Below are positions 13,466 to 25,823 of a stretch of 64,000 bases of DNA, piece by piece. Below the pieces are notes generated by a model. The model searched no databases. It had not been told where the DNA came from and was given only the letters and a program-made list of their open reading frames with translations. The stretch is taken from contig OZ320315.1 in NCBI GenBank assembly GCA_976226885.1, positions 81,344,001 through 81,408,000 of the forward strand. The letters run 5' to 3'. Origin of the DNA: Iphione sp. A-MEVVRFRX5 (taxonomy: Eukaryota). Position 1 is the first letter of the stretch, and each line of letters opens with the position of its first letter. The translations under genes and the position numbers were made by a program.

Positions 13466-15700
13466 TTACTGACCTTTGCTTCTTGTGGGGTTTGCTGTGT
13501 TTCTTGTGGTTGTTGGCAAGCCCCCTGGCCTACCATCACTGCCTATTTTTTTGTTTCAATGATCTCTGGTTGTGGCCCCTTCAGCTACCTCAGTTGTGCT
13601 GGCTGCCCTGGCTCTGCTGGCAGGAGCATGGGGATGGCTTGAGCTGGGGCTACACTGGCTTGTGTGATGGCCTCCTGCCTGTGAGTGCCTGATCCAGTTT
13701 CCTGACCTCTGCGGACTCCTTAATACAGTCTGGAATGTTCTCTCCTAGGAGAAAGTCCCAGTCATCCTGTAGTCCTGTCTGGCAGAACCTTTGGAAGGTC
13801 AGCAGGAGGCATAACTGGATGATATCCCACCTCTGGTGATTCGGCAGATAGGCTGCTCTGCCAAGGAGGCAGAACGCCATCATAGTTGTGGCCTCCACAG
13901 TCTTGCCATCCATTTGGTGTCCTGCATCATGGTCCTTGATGTGAACCGTCAATGCAAACTGCACTAGGTGCAGAATCTCTGCTGCCTGGTGGTCCTGACC
14001 CAGGTCACTCTCCTTCAGTACCAGCTCTGGGTTGAGCTTGGTGTGTTTGAGAACTTTGATGTTCTCCAGCCAAACCAGAGTGTCGGTCAGCTCCTTGGCC
14101 GTGGCCCTCATATGTGGGTAGTTCCAGTAGGTCATGACCAGGCATTCAACTACTGGAGACATTGCCTCCTTCGTCCCATCCTCCTGGACTGGCATCTCTG
14201 TCGGAAACTCATCCAGGCAGCAAATCGGAGTCAGCCCAGTGACCCCCAGCTCAGGGGTTGTCAGGGCCCCTGAGGGGCCAACTGTGGTTCGATTCTGTGG
14301 GGCCTGAGAGGGCCCAGTTAGGACAAGTGGGATCATTAGGGCCTGAGAGGGCCTGATTTAGATGAGTGGGACTGGGTCATGGTCAAGGCGATCCCCAGCA
14401 GCCAGTTCCCCCTCACTGTCCAATAAATTCATACTTGAGAACTGGTGGCAAGATCTCTTCCTTCATCAGGAGGGGTGAGGGGACCTACGATGGGGCATGC
14501 CCATCCAGTTGGTCATCTCGGCGGCCATGCCCCTCATAGCCATCTGGAACCAGGAGTTGTCCACTGACCAGAACATTTGGGACCGAAGGTCAGCTGACAT
14601 CAAGACCAAACTGCCCAAGATTGTGCCCTTGACCTTGATCGAGATCGTGAACTGGATCTGAACTGGAAACCATATGGGAAAAATTATTGTACTGTATTGA
14701 CTATATGGATGTGATCCGGATAGTAATGAAATCAACCTAGCAGACAACATTGAATAATATTGAATGGATGTGACCCTGATAATACCTTGGGGAGGTCCAA
14801 TACAAATAATGGGATGTAATCCTAAAACAACTAAAATCAAAATTAGTATTGATATTGTCTCATACTGTTAAAATAGCTGTAACTGGATGTGATCCACAAA
14901 ACTTAAAATGAAAGAAGTCTGATGATAGATATGGGTGTGGGGATGCTGTAAAGGTTCAATGAAATAGACTTGTAAAGGTCCAATTTTCAGTAATGAAATA
15001 TGCCGTGTTGTCTCCGTCCTCCGTATCCTCCGTATCCTGTGTGCTGGTTGCAAATACATGTAATTTGTATGATATTAACCAGATGAAATAAAGCATTAAA
15101 TAAAAAAAAAATCTCGACTGGGATCTGATCTGCTTCCTCTTCTTCTGGGACCGGGGTTGGATTCCCCAGATTCAGGGCTGGGTTATCCTGTGTGTCCTGG
15201 CCCCTGGGAGGGACCTAACCACACTGGAGGGTGGGATTGAAGGTGATTTCAGAATCAGAGTCATGCTCTGAACTGAACTGCATCACCACCGCCACCTCAG
15301 AGTGGGTAGACTCAGCCATGGAGGAGAGCAGGTGTAGTCTTGTAGAGTTGTCTTGTAGAGTTCTCTTGAAGGCCTGTGCACTGATCAGCAGGTGATAAGC
15401 AGATGCCAGAACCCTATCCAGGGGGCTCCTTGTGAACCCCTCCAGGGTGCTTACACCCAGGTCAGGACTTAGTAAAACAACTGATAAGGGGGTATGGCCA
15501 TGTTTGGACCATCCCCTCCCCCATTTTTGGAGCATCCCCTCTGCTATGTTTGGACCATCCACCCCCCCTTCTTCCACCCCCAAACTTGGGATACCTCCAG
15601 TGTTTCAGCTCCTGGTCATGGACAAATCAAGCTATCTACCTGAAATTTTTCAGGCATGTTCCTGGGACCCTGGTACAGGCTTTTACATACTTGGGATCCT
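13466..15700 (-). pseudogene. DIRS ORF1 (gag-like) remnant, interrupted by an insertion at ~14685-15111
   Basis: ORF 13650-14336 has KLNPEL..., AFCLLGRAAYLPNHQRWDII and FLLGENIPDCIKESAEVRKL, matching recalled DIRS ORF1 motifs (KxPxLNxE; ALxLLGxA...RR; LFGxxL..IKE..E..KL). ORF 15215-15583 has KHGH..VVLL..D....LEG, like a degraded N-terminal Cys/His module. An Arg/Ser-rich linker lies on both sides of the insertion. Confidence 0.6.
14685..15111 (+). mobile_element. Retroposed insertion (LINE/SINE 3' fragment) inside the DIRS gag
   Basis: AT-rich segment ending in AATAAA (15087-15092) plus A10 (15102-15111). AAAAAT occurs at both junctions (possible TSD), and gag-like RS-rich coding resumes on either side. 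Confidence 0.5.
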
Positions 15701-16525
15701 AAGGTCCTTGGTCCACCAAACCTGGGTCCAGAAACCCTGGAGAGCAGCAAGGGGATTGACAGGAGAATGGCCATAACCTCCTTAATAATTGTCAGGCGAA
15801 GTAAATGTTTTGGCTCAGTTGGACTATAGTTGGGCAAATTATGGACAGGAGAGTGCTAGCTCCTACCCATAGCCTCTGGAGGTGCTACCTTGGGGGTCCA
15901 TATCATGCTTCAGGTTGTCCATTTGAGGGGAAATTGTTGTAACAATAGAATGTACACCACACCGGTAGGTTTCATTTGGCAGCCTTCATTCTTTTCAGTA
16001 TCACAATACAGCATTAAGTGTCAGCATAGGTGAGTCCAACAAGAGTGTCAGAGCAACTTTCTTATACACTCCAATCCCTTTGACAAACAATGTGCACAAA
16101 CATTGCCCTATCTGGATATAACCATTCATTCAAGGTAGCTACACAGTAGTTGTCACATATTTTACAGTGGTGATGTCACAGTGCCACATACCCTAAGTAC
16201 CTCATAAGATGCAGATGATAAGACTACTTTGTTCACATGTAACTTGATATGATAGACAGTATCATTACACTTGCTCAGCAAGAAAGAGTTCCACTTAGTA
16301 CTGATTCTAAAAACACAAGTGCTTCGGATAAAAAGTTTGTTTGCTCACTTAGTGGTGCTTCATACAAGGCTTTCTGTGGTGACTTATAACTATACACTAT
16401 ACAATTCACAGCACTTTTGGAGTAATACTTTTAATAGCATACTCTCTATCATGACAGTACTATGTTACATAATTAATATTTTCCAGTGCTTACTTCTACA
16501 TCTGGGCACACACAACATCACAGCG

Positions 16526-17270
16526 ATGCCGGAACCAATGGGCTACCCTGTAGCAGGGGTGGACTTTGTACTGGGCACAGGGTCAGTACCACACTGTAAC
16601 TTGACCAAAGTACAATGGGCTAGGTATGCAACCTTTGACCCAATTCTTGGCATCCTATAGCCATTTTGGTAATTCAGACTTTTGTCCAGCACTTCCTGGA
16701 GTACTCTCGGAATGTTGTGGTCCAGCCCTACAAAGCATATACCATCTATATTCCATCTAACAAGAAATCTGGACCTGAAGTGGTCCTGATCTTTCAAGGA
16801 TTTTTACAGAATATTGCGCGCCTTGTCCGCATAGTTCTTGCCAAGTTTGAGCACTCTAGTTGCAATTTTTGGTGTCAGACTAAAAAATGTCCATAGGCCT
16901 CAGAGTGGTGCAGAACTCAGGTGTGGACTGAGGCCTGACCTGGCTCCCAGGATTTATGCCTGTTTTTTTACAGGTGACTTTAAAGGGGACTTTCTGAACA
17001 AGGTTAGTGCCATTACCAATGTGTAACCTCACTCAGTGCATACACTCCCCAAGATGACAGGGGGGAAGGACCACTGAATCTGTCACCAGATTGGTCCCAG
17101 AACCACAAAACCCCGTATGCCAGGATCATAAGCAACCAAAAGGGGGGCACTTATAATCCTTGCATACTCCAAATGTTCCTCTCAATAACACTTGTTAAAG
17201 AGGGAGGGAACAGATTACAGTTGCTAGAGCATGGGACATCATTTACATGCTCCAAGCAACAGGTACAGAA
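16526..17270 (+). pseudogene. Degenerate DIRS-type tyrosine recombinase
   Basis: Colinear motifs across frames: MGYPVAGVDFVL...KVQWARYATF..LGI and FVQHFLEY...YK..IY (N-terminal SAM-like domain); TLVAIFGVRLKNVH (catalytic Arg box, cf. FLLALASGxRVSELH); LRPD...FLNKVS; ATKR.....LAY. No intact HxxR or catalytic Tyr was recognised; multiple stops and frameshifts. Confidence 0.5.
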
Positions 17271-17272
17271 TG

Positions 17273-17300
17273 ACTAGATTGCATGTAGCTCATCCCTTGA
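17273..17300. repeat. Right inverted-repeat core of DIRS-like element
   Basis: ACTAGATTGCATGTAGCTCATCCCTTGA, exact reverse complement of 13301-13328. Confidence 0.9.
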
Positions 17301-20300
17301 ATGATGTCACTGATCATGTGATTAATTGCTTGTACATTCAAAAGAAGTTATAGAAGAATGAGTGCAACAAATGTGTGCTGTTTTCCCTACTGAACATAAC
17401 CCTCTCTTTGATATATACATCACAGGCATCATTGTTTCTCCCAGAGAGGCCACAGGCTATTCTCTAGGCATGCAGGCGGTTGATTGTGCATTTGTCTCCC
17501 TCTGGTAGACGACTAAGCGCGATGTGGGCCCTATTTGCACGCGCGTATGCGTAGGCGTTGTAACAGTATAGGTGTCTATAAATTGTGCTAACCTGCCGAC
17601 AACGTCAGGTCTCGGCTTCTCTAAATTCTATTTTATTTTCGATATGGCCCTGGCGTATAATCGCCCGACAGGTCGACCCGGTCAGACTTCGCTTACTGTA
17701 AGGCGGGGACGGAAGCCATCGGCAGGAGCGAGCTCTGAGGAGAGGAGAGCAATTTCCCCAGCGGGTAGCTCGCAAGCCACATAGCGTAGGTGATATCAGG
17801 TGATCGGTCCAGCTGAAAACATCCATATGAATGAAACATGTGATTGTGAGGAAAGGGCCCACTCTGCTTTGGGAAGAAAAAATATACGTGATATATATTT
17901 CACCCGGGTAACAGAAACGGAAATGTGGACACATTCATTTTGGTAGCAATACGCAACGTTCGTAATTTTCCGTCTCTCAGTTTCATTTGCAAAGTGTACC
18001 CGGTTGCTATTTATTTGCACTTTCTACAAAAAAGGAAATATGCCGCGAATGTGTTAGAAAGGTAGAAAATCGATAATCACTAAGCGCAAAGATAAGAATG
18101 GACTTGGCATGTTATAAAGAAAATCCCCATTTTCTGACAGAAAAGAACCACATGAAGTACTTTTTCATTATCTTCAAGAGCTGTCCCGTCGTGAATATCA
18201 TAAGGGAATGTAATTTCAGTGAGTGGTGGCTTTCTGGTGTCGTTTGGTGAAATGTCGTCTGACGGCGCATGTCTGGACAGGTTCCTCGAGGACCTTCCGG
18301 TTGGCGCTACACAAACACATTGCATTGCCTCGTCTTGTCTCAATCATACTGGGATCGATATTCATTTTAAATCAAGTATAACCCAGCGTAATCTTGCGCC
18401 AGGCGCAAACTGTATATGTTAGTCGCGAGACATACTCAAGGCCACTTCCCTCGAGCTTTCCATGGTCGCTGATATTGTTATGTAGTCAGAAATAACAACC
18501 AGGACGGGAAACTCGACATTGAACAGTGGATCGCTTGCCTTGACCTTTAATGCATAGACTAAAATAAAATGTATTAGGTCAATTGGCAAACCTCATAACC
18601 AATTACTAATGTATCCAGGCGGCCAAACTAAAAGATTTCCTGGAAATGTAATCCCGCCGCATAGTATGTCATGTTCTATCGAATGTCTGTTTGTTACGAG
18701 AAGAGCATTTCCCTCTTCTCGAGTCCTGGCAAGACGTATATAAGTACATGAAGCCGATTCTAGGATAAAGTAGAGTGTTAGCTTATTTTCTGAATAAAAC
18801 GTTTCGGAGATTTTCTGGATACAGAAATGTATCTAAGTCAGTAGACAAAGACATATTTACTTTAAGATACCTGGTCCCTAGTTATCACGGTGCTACTGGG
18901 CTGAAGGCAGAGTGGCGAGCAAAATGTGACCAATGAAACCACCATATTGCACCAGGAATAAATTCCTTTAAGAAAGGAAACGCGCAGAACACAACGTATC
19001 CCTCAAAAAGAGAATTTACGCCGCCGTCACCATAACGTCCGCCTGCTTTCAAGAAGACGGGGAGGAGATAGACATACATGCTGTGTGCAACGGTCGCATC
19101 CGATTTACTTAATGAAGCCATTTGAAGCAGACGCAGCAGCTGCCGTCGCTCGACCCGGCGCATCCGGACCTGTCCAACACGTAAAACCCATTCCCTCCAG
19201 GGCGTTCTCGTCTCCGCCAAGCAGCCCCGCCAAGGAAACTGGAGTGAGGCGTCTTGCGTCGAGGGAGTGTGCGGCTTTGCGACGTTTAAGACGACATGGC
19301 CGACGAGGACACATCACGTGAGCACGTGGGGGACGGCTAAAAACTCGCTCCGGCCGTGGCATGGCTAATTAAATATTGCCAAGGACCAGGGCGTGACTAT
19401 AGCAGCACGGCTTTCTTGCGGCTGGCGTCTTTTGCCGGAGAAGGTATTCTAGGTGGTCGGAGCCAATTAGACCAATGCTTTTAAAACAAATACCTCCTAA
19501 AATATCAGTTCCACCATCCAGGTACTCCACTACATTATATTACGGGACAAGCCTTTCCTGTCTATCTTGTAGTTTCAGCTTTGTCATGAATTGGGTCCAT
19601 CTAGACTGACTGTGGGGATGGATCACGGTCGCCGGTGCTATATTCATACCTGTCGGCTCACCCGACGCAGGCACATCCATGCAGATATACTGGCGAAGCA
19701 CAGCCCTTGATAAACACATGGCCATTCCCGTCTCATACATATATTTGAATACATGAATATTTATTCACGTTATGATATGCTTCCCAACACTTGGCCCTTT
19801 CAACCGGTCCCGGTCTACCGAGAGATCATATACATTTGTAGTGGCCGTGCTATATATACACTGTGGGTACTTTGGTTTCAAAAATAATTCGAAATACATG
19901 TGTGTTCTGCTTATGTTAACCTTGGCAGTAGCATTCGTCTCCACCTATCGACTTCCACATTGGTAAAACGTTCTTAAGGAGCCAAGTTTTCCTTTTTCTT
20001 CTCTCCTCTACATCAGCAAGTGGCAGCACAAAGAAAGCTTTGTGGATCGCGCTTGTCTTAATTGCGCTGTGGGACGATTGGTTCTGTTCAGGCCAGTAGG
20101 CAGGAGGTTAACCCGAGGCCCGTCGAGTCGCCGGGGTTTTTCCGGGCCGACACTCCAGCAGGGCCGACCAAACTGCCTGGATCCCCGGCAAATAAGTGCC
20201 AGGAATCGATGTGCCCACCTACGGAGGGGGGGGGGGAGCTAACATCTTTTGGTAGATATTTTAGTCGTCGTAGAATGCGATTTTATGGTCCACTGGACGC

Positions 20301-21211
20301 AATATTCGCGACGCCCTCAAGCAAGACAGTGCTTAAATTAGGGCCGCTTCCTGGCCGAGCGCGCTGAGCTAGACAGGCGCGGATAATGGGGTATTGGTGC
20401 AGTGGACGGCTGCACAACGTCATTTAGTCCTAAACAAATCAGCGTTATCGGTCAGTCTTGAGCACAGCTTTACCTTCTCGTCTCTCTGTTACTAGTCCTC
20501 CGCCTCCCAGACGATCTGGGGGTCGCGTCTTAATCTGGAATATTTGTTTATGACAATCCCCTTCCTCTGCTCATTCCTTTCCCGAAGTACCGGCCGGTAT
20601 GACTTTTTGACCAGGTGCACCAAGAGTTCCCCTCGCGACCTCATAGATTCGATTTATTAAGAGTTGTTATCGAGAGGGCCTCCTCGGAATTTAAGAACTA
20701 CGTTGCCATGCCTCATCTTAGCACGATATGTCCCGGTTCATTTAAAAGAGCGAATACGGGCCACACGTCTTTTATATCTAGACATTTATGTACATGGACA
20801 TGCTTCTTACACTGTGCGCATTGGCCATTGATCCTTATCGATGGTGCATACGGCTACTATGTGGACAACAGTCCATAAGAGTCATCAGTCTGACAATGTT
20901 TGTTCCTGCATTTCACAGATCAGTGGTGCTACATAGTCTGTTCAGCGACCAAAAAATAGATCAAAAGGACAACAAGCTAAATGTAAATCTAGGAGAAAAT
21001 AAGGAAATCCATTTATTGATGTTTACAGACCACATCGTTTACTTCATAGATGATAATTATTGATTCGATAAACTAGAAACAGTCTCATTTAAACACAAGC
21101 ACGATAATGTCTTTGTCTAACCACAATCAAAGGTTAGTAGCTATCATGTAGCACAAAATGTCATCAAGAATGTGCATTTTTTCAAATTATTATATGTATG
21201 TATTCAACCCA

Positions 21212-21214
<3 letters not shown>

Positions 21215-21293
<79 letters not shown>
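21215..21293. repeat. (CT)n microsatellite
   Basis: About 39 CT units with one interruption. Confidence 0.97.
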
Positions 21294-21302
<9 letters not shown>

Positions 21303-24049
21303 ATACACATTTTCGCTTCTTACAGAATCGTAGCCGTTGTGCTGTAATTGTCTACGACACTAAGTTTCCTTCCACTCCAGCGCCCGTGGACAAATCGGAG
21401 TTTTACGGGTGGCATCTAGCAACGTACGTGTGCGGGGGCCAGGGCAAATCTCTAAATGCCTGTCGCCTCCCTGCCACCCGCTGATCAATCTCGCCAAGTG
21501 GCCGTCACACTTGTCTGTGCACATGCAGCCGTGGCTTCATCTACAGCTAGTCAGTGTCCGGACGTTGTTTTCATTTACGGCGGCTGATTTTTTGTGGCAC
21601 TCGCGGTCGCCGTTCGGAATTCATTTGGCGAGACAATAGCGACCGCTCCATTACCTTCCGCGCGGCCCGTGCTGCGGGGGTTATTGTTATGCGAGCACAT
21701 CTCCGGCACCTTATCTGCAGCTCAGCTGGCCGCGTGCGTTGGCAACGAGAGAGAGAGAGAGTAAGAGAGCAATACCCAATGAAGGTGACCCCACTTGCCA
21801 GTCTACCGTCCGCAGGTTGGCAAGAAGAGCAGCCAATCACGTACAAGGGCGGGCCGCTCCTTAAGCCACCGAGACCGCGAAAGTCGGCCCCGCTGAGGTG
21901 ATGAATCGCGAGCGGCAGCCGCGGCGAGCGCGAAAAATATTGGACTAACAAGGCGGTCGACGTTACTTCCGCCCTGTCGGACTTTGCCGTGGGCGGTGGC
22001 GGCCGTCCCCTGCCGTGTCGTCTACGTGTTGAGCTCGTTCAATAGAGTCTGGGACCAGCCCCTGGGCGGACTGGGCCGCAATGCATCACGCCAGCAAAAC
22101 TAGTTGTCAATTTCTCGGGTCGAGGCACTGGGGAAAGTCGGACATTTCACTGTTTCCAATAGTAACATTGATTAAGGGGGTCAGCGACAGTCAAAATATT
22201 TTGTCTCACGCACCAGACAGTTCATCTGCTTGACTCGCTGCATTGCAGTTCTGTTGAGATTGTCTTCTCTCTCAAAAATTGTCAAATTTAGAGTCCAAGG
22301 GACTACATGAGAAAACTGGAGAGTCTCCTGAATCAACAGTCACATGTAACCTAGTTACAAAGATGAAAATTGAAAGTATGTTGATGCTGAACAAAAACAT
22401 CTACACCAAATAGAATTTCCCAGAATGTCCATCCTTGTACATATTGTATATATTCATCTCAATCATTTGTGCCTTATTAAGTAATGTATTGTCAGTTCAA
22501 ATCATTATATTTTAGTACATAGTGTACATACATGTAGTAATCATATGACAACGGAGCATTATTGTAGCAATTGAGCTGGTACCAATTAGGATTACCAGGG
22601 TAAATAAAAGTTAAAAGAACTGATTCCTCGTCCCAAACAGTGCGTTGTAAAACTCTAAGGCTCATGGTCAACCCCGAACAAAAAAAGAGACTGACAGAAT
22701 TATATTGTCATATAAAAGTGTCTTCATCTATTCCGTCAACATTTTTGTTTAATGATTATAATAAGCACATGTAATAATGCTGGTCAAAGGTACCAGTCTA
22801 TACAAATGAACAGTTTCATCAAAGTTTCGTGCATACCTTTTCATAATTCAAAATGTATGGACATGCACGGCACATGGATTTCATAGGATTACTCCTATGA
22901 TATACTTCATAGCTTGTCCATTTTCTCTTATATATTGTTTATCTGTTACAGCCTTGGAAAAAAGGGGGTTTCCCCACAAGGAATGAACTAACGTGGTGGC
23001 ACATGATGCTCTTTGTCTATTAGGTTAAGAACCTGTTATTTGGTCCAGTCAGACAATGCTGGAAAGCGCTACACTGGTGATCTCCAAATTCATACGAAAT
23101 GTGTTTAGTATACATTTGCATCAGTGCTGAAGTACATGTTTCCGATTTGTAGATATTTGTCTGTATTTCTTGTGTAAGAAAATCCAGAACCTAGTTCCGC
23201 ATCTTCGGTAATGCATAACACTAGTTAGAATTGCAGTTCGTATGTTTCGGTGTATCATGACAGTAAACCCCCGACAAGGGCCGCCGTCTAAAAAATGTAG
23301 ATTGGTTCACGTCTCATCCATTAGAATTTATCGTAGGTACGCAATCATTAGGAAATATAACTTACGGTTATTATAGGCAGATGAGAGGATTTACAATGCA
23401 CAATGCACGGAGCGACACAATCATTCAAATGATGTAAATATTGTATTGGTTTGAACTAAATAACATGCATGTAGACATTGAAATTGAAAGCATATTGACT
23501 TCTCATGTACAAGTACGGCGAGGACTTCCAGCAAATAACGTAGGGTAACAACGAAATAAAGAATATATCCAGAACGTCATTATTGTGATGATCCCTTCAC
23601 ACAGTTACACTAAGTGTGTATATATAAATGAATGCACACATATACTTTCAGTGGAATGAAACCATACATGAAAATATGATCTCGTGCTTATACGTTCTTA
23701 AGCAAAACGTAGAAGAGGGCACTAGAAACAGGAGTATGGCTTGCTTAAAGACAAGGGAAACTACAGGTTCTCCTCGGTGCTTCGTATTTAGCGTGGCTGT
23801 GAAGTAACTTGCAAAATAAATGAATTATGACAACAAACACAGAGACAGAGCGAGTTAATGGTTACTGTTGTCCTAGTATGAAAGGGACTCGCTCCTCGCA
23901 GCGCCAGTTCTCACTCTCTTCGGGATGCTTTCATCATTTATGAACTTTGTTGCAGCGTGTGTTCCCCGTCTCCAGGCAGGTTAAAGGGGCTTTGTTAATT
24001 GGATGCTTCCAAAGATAGGGTGGTACGCCCAGTGTACCGTGCGCAGGAT

Positions 24050-25420
24050 CGATGTAGGCCCCAGCATACAACATCTAGACTGAAGGGTCCAAGGTGGATG
24101 TCCAGACCTGGATGAACGGCGTGAGAACCAATTCGCCTCTCCTCAAGCGTCGGTCCAATAAAGCTTACGCAAACAGCGAAGCAAGTTAGTGCGTTGCAGC
24201 AACAGCCATCTATTTACTTTCTTATTTTCGTGCCTAATTGAAAGCAAATCCGTTGGACGTATGAAAGCCGCGTCCATTCCAAATCATCTCTCATGTGATG
24301 GTGAGAGTAACTCTACCTTTGGTGAGATGTAGGGCGCTCGATCCAATATCAATATACAGCGATTCGCGAAACTGATTCCTTCGACACGTAACATTTTAGA
24401 GTTGCTTGAGGAAAGGGACAAAATGGAGATACATGCAAGTTGAACATGAAAGTACAGTTCTTCATAGCTGCAAATATTTCTCGCTACTCATCTGTCCAAC
24501 AGCTTAGAATGGGCAGCACTGGCAAAAGAGTGAACAACTGTGCAATGTTCAATCACGATGCCTATACAATTACAAACAGTGTCCTCTAAGCAGCGTCAAT
24601 GTAACAGACCAGCAGCCTGGAGTTTTCGAGTGTTAAGGTACATTTGAAATATAATCGATATATTTTTATTTACTCGCGCCAGCTTCAAAGGAACCCGTTC
24701 CTTTGAGAAGCTGAACTGCGGAGGCTTCGCCCAGACACGTTGAGGCAATTTCACGCCCCTTCTTCATGCTCGGTAACGGTCGAGTTGAAATGTAATATAT
24801 AGGATAGTTGAAATGGAATACACGACAGTGACCTATTGATGTTTAATAAATGTAACGCACGAATTTAACATTTGATGCATTGCTAGAGAAACGCAGTCCT
24901 TAGTCCTGAGCTCTGCTCGGAATCGTTTGGCAAATGTTGGAGCTCTGCTTCGCTTCCCTGGCAAGATGTGCCGATGAAAACAAATAGAATTCGTATTGTC
25001 GCTGTCTGTCAAAGTCATGAACGAGATGGCTTGCACCCATGAGCAACACGCTTCTGCAATTTGGGTGGATTAGCTGTGACGCCGGCGGAGGATTTCAGAC
25101 AGATGGCAAAAACTATCACAGTAGAAAAGGTGGATTGAAACAAAGCGCTTGCGTTAATTAAACTCAGTGGCTACCCGATTTTTGATCGATGTGGTAAAAT
25201 ATAGCAAATATCAACAGCGTCCTTGAACAGAATCCCCATCATTCAAAATCAACAGGTATGCACTGACGGTTTTGCTCTTTATAGCAAAGTGGTAGAGCGT
25301 GGTAAGAGGAATACCCACTACCAAAGTGGAATTTGTCGCTCGTTTGTTTTTGGCTCGTACATCTCCGACCATGCCTTTCCATTTCCCGCGCTCCTGTTGC
25401 AGCAGCGATCTCATCACTGT
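24050..25420 (-). mobile_element. Fossil pogo/Tigger-like (CENP-B/DDE_1) transposase
   Basis: Motifs in expected order on minus: VR...GIPLTTLY (HTH_psq-like, ~25318), FAKRFRAEL..K (second HTH, ~24935), CLNVSG (~24748), CILILD (~24359, cf. LLILDGHxSH), MDAAFIRP (~24277, cf. PLDxxFFxPLK). Many stops and frameshifts; no TIRs identified. Confidence 0.45.
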
Positions 25421-25751
25421 TAATATTTCATCATTTGATTGAATCCTGCTCAGAGTTACAATTACGCCAGCCGATGCCTTGAGTAGACGGTTAAGGTAAC
25501 GGTTCTTGGACGGCTGCATCGACGAGTGGCTGAATTAGCACAGAGAGGGCAACGAGGAGCACGGACGTGGGAACCATAGCAGACGGTGCCTGGGAGGGTT
25601 GCTTTGCCGAGACGTCCTCCCGCAGCGTCAGTAAAGTGCCTCGATAGCAGCGCCATAAAATCATAGAGTGGCGGTGAAACGAGGTTTAATCCCGATCGTA
25701 GGTGTTACTTAAAGTATAAACTGGCCAGTAATAACAAATGTGCTGTGACTG

Positions 25752-25753
<2 letters not shown>

Positions 25754-25822
<69 letters not shown>
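25754..25822. repeat. (GA)n microsatellite
   Basis: About 34 uninterrupted AG units. Confidence 0.97.

Positions 25823-25823
<1 letters not shown>

Larger units (their letters stand above)
13270..17330. mobile_element. Rearranged, degenerate DIRS-like (tyrosine recombinase) retroelement
   Basis: Bounded by inverted repeats (28-bp perfect core). Contains a DIRS ORF1-like reading on minus, a short DIRS pol N-terminal stub and a YR-like reading on plus. The block is distinctly CpG-poor relative to its flanks. Confidence 0.65.

Noticed and set aside
14915-14975. CTGATGA...GAAA as hammerhead ribozyme, C/D box or SECIS
   Set aside because: No stem II, flanking pairing has the wrong topology, no D box and no SECIS helix.
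18697-18721. Perfect 9-bp hairpin CGAGAAGAG-N7-CTCTTCTCG as a Helitron 3' end (similar 8-bp hairpin at 38061-38082)
   Set aside because: Not followed by CTRR|T at the expected distance; isolated short hairpins occur by chance in 64 kb.
20780-20950. Ulp1-like protease fragment (HW.L...Y.D)
   Set aside because: A single short motif followed by stops; no catalytic Cys region recognisable.
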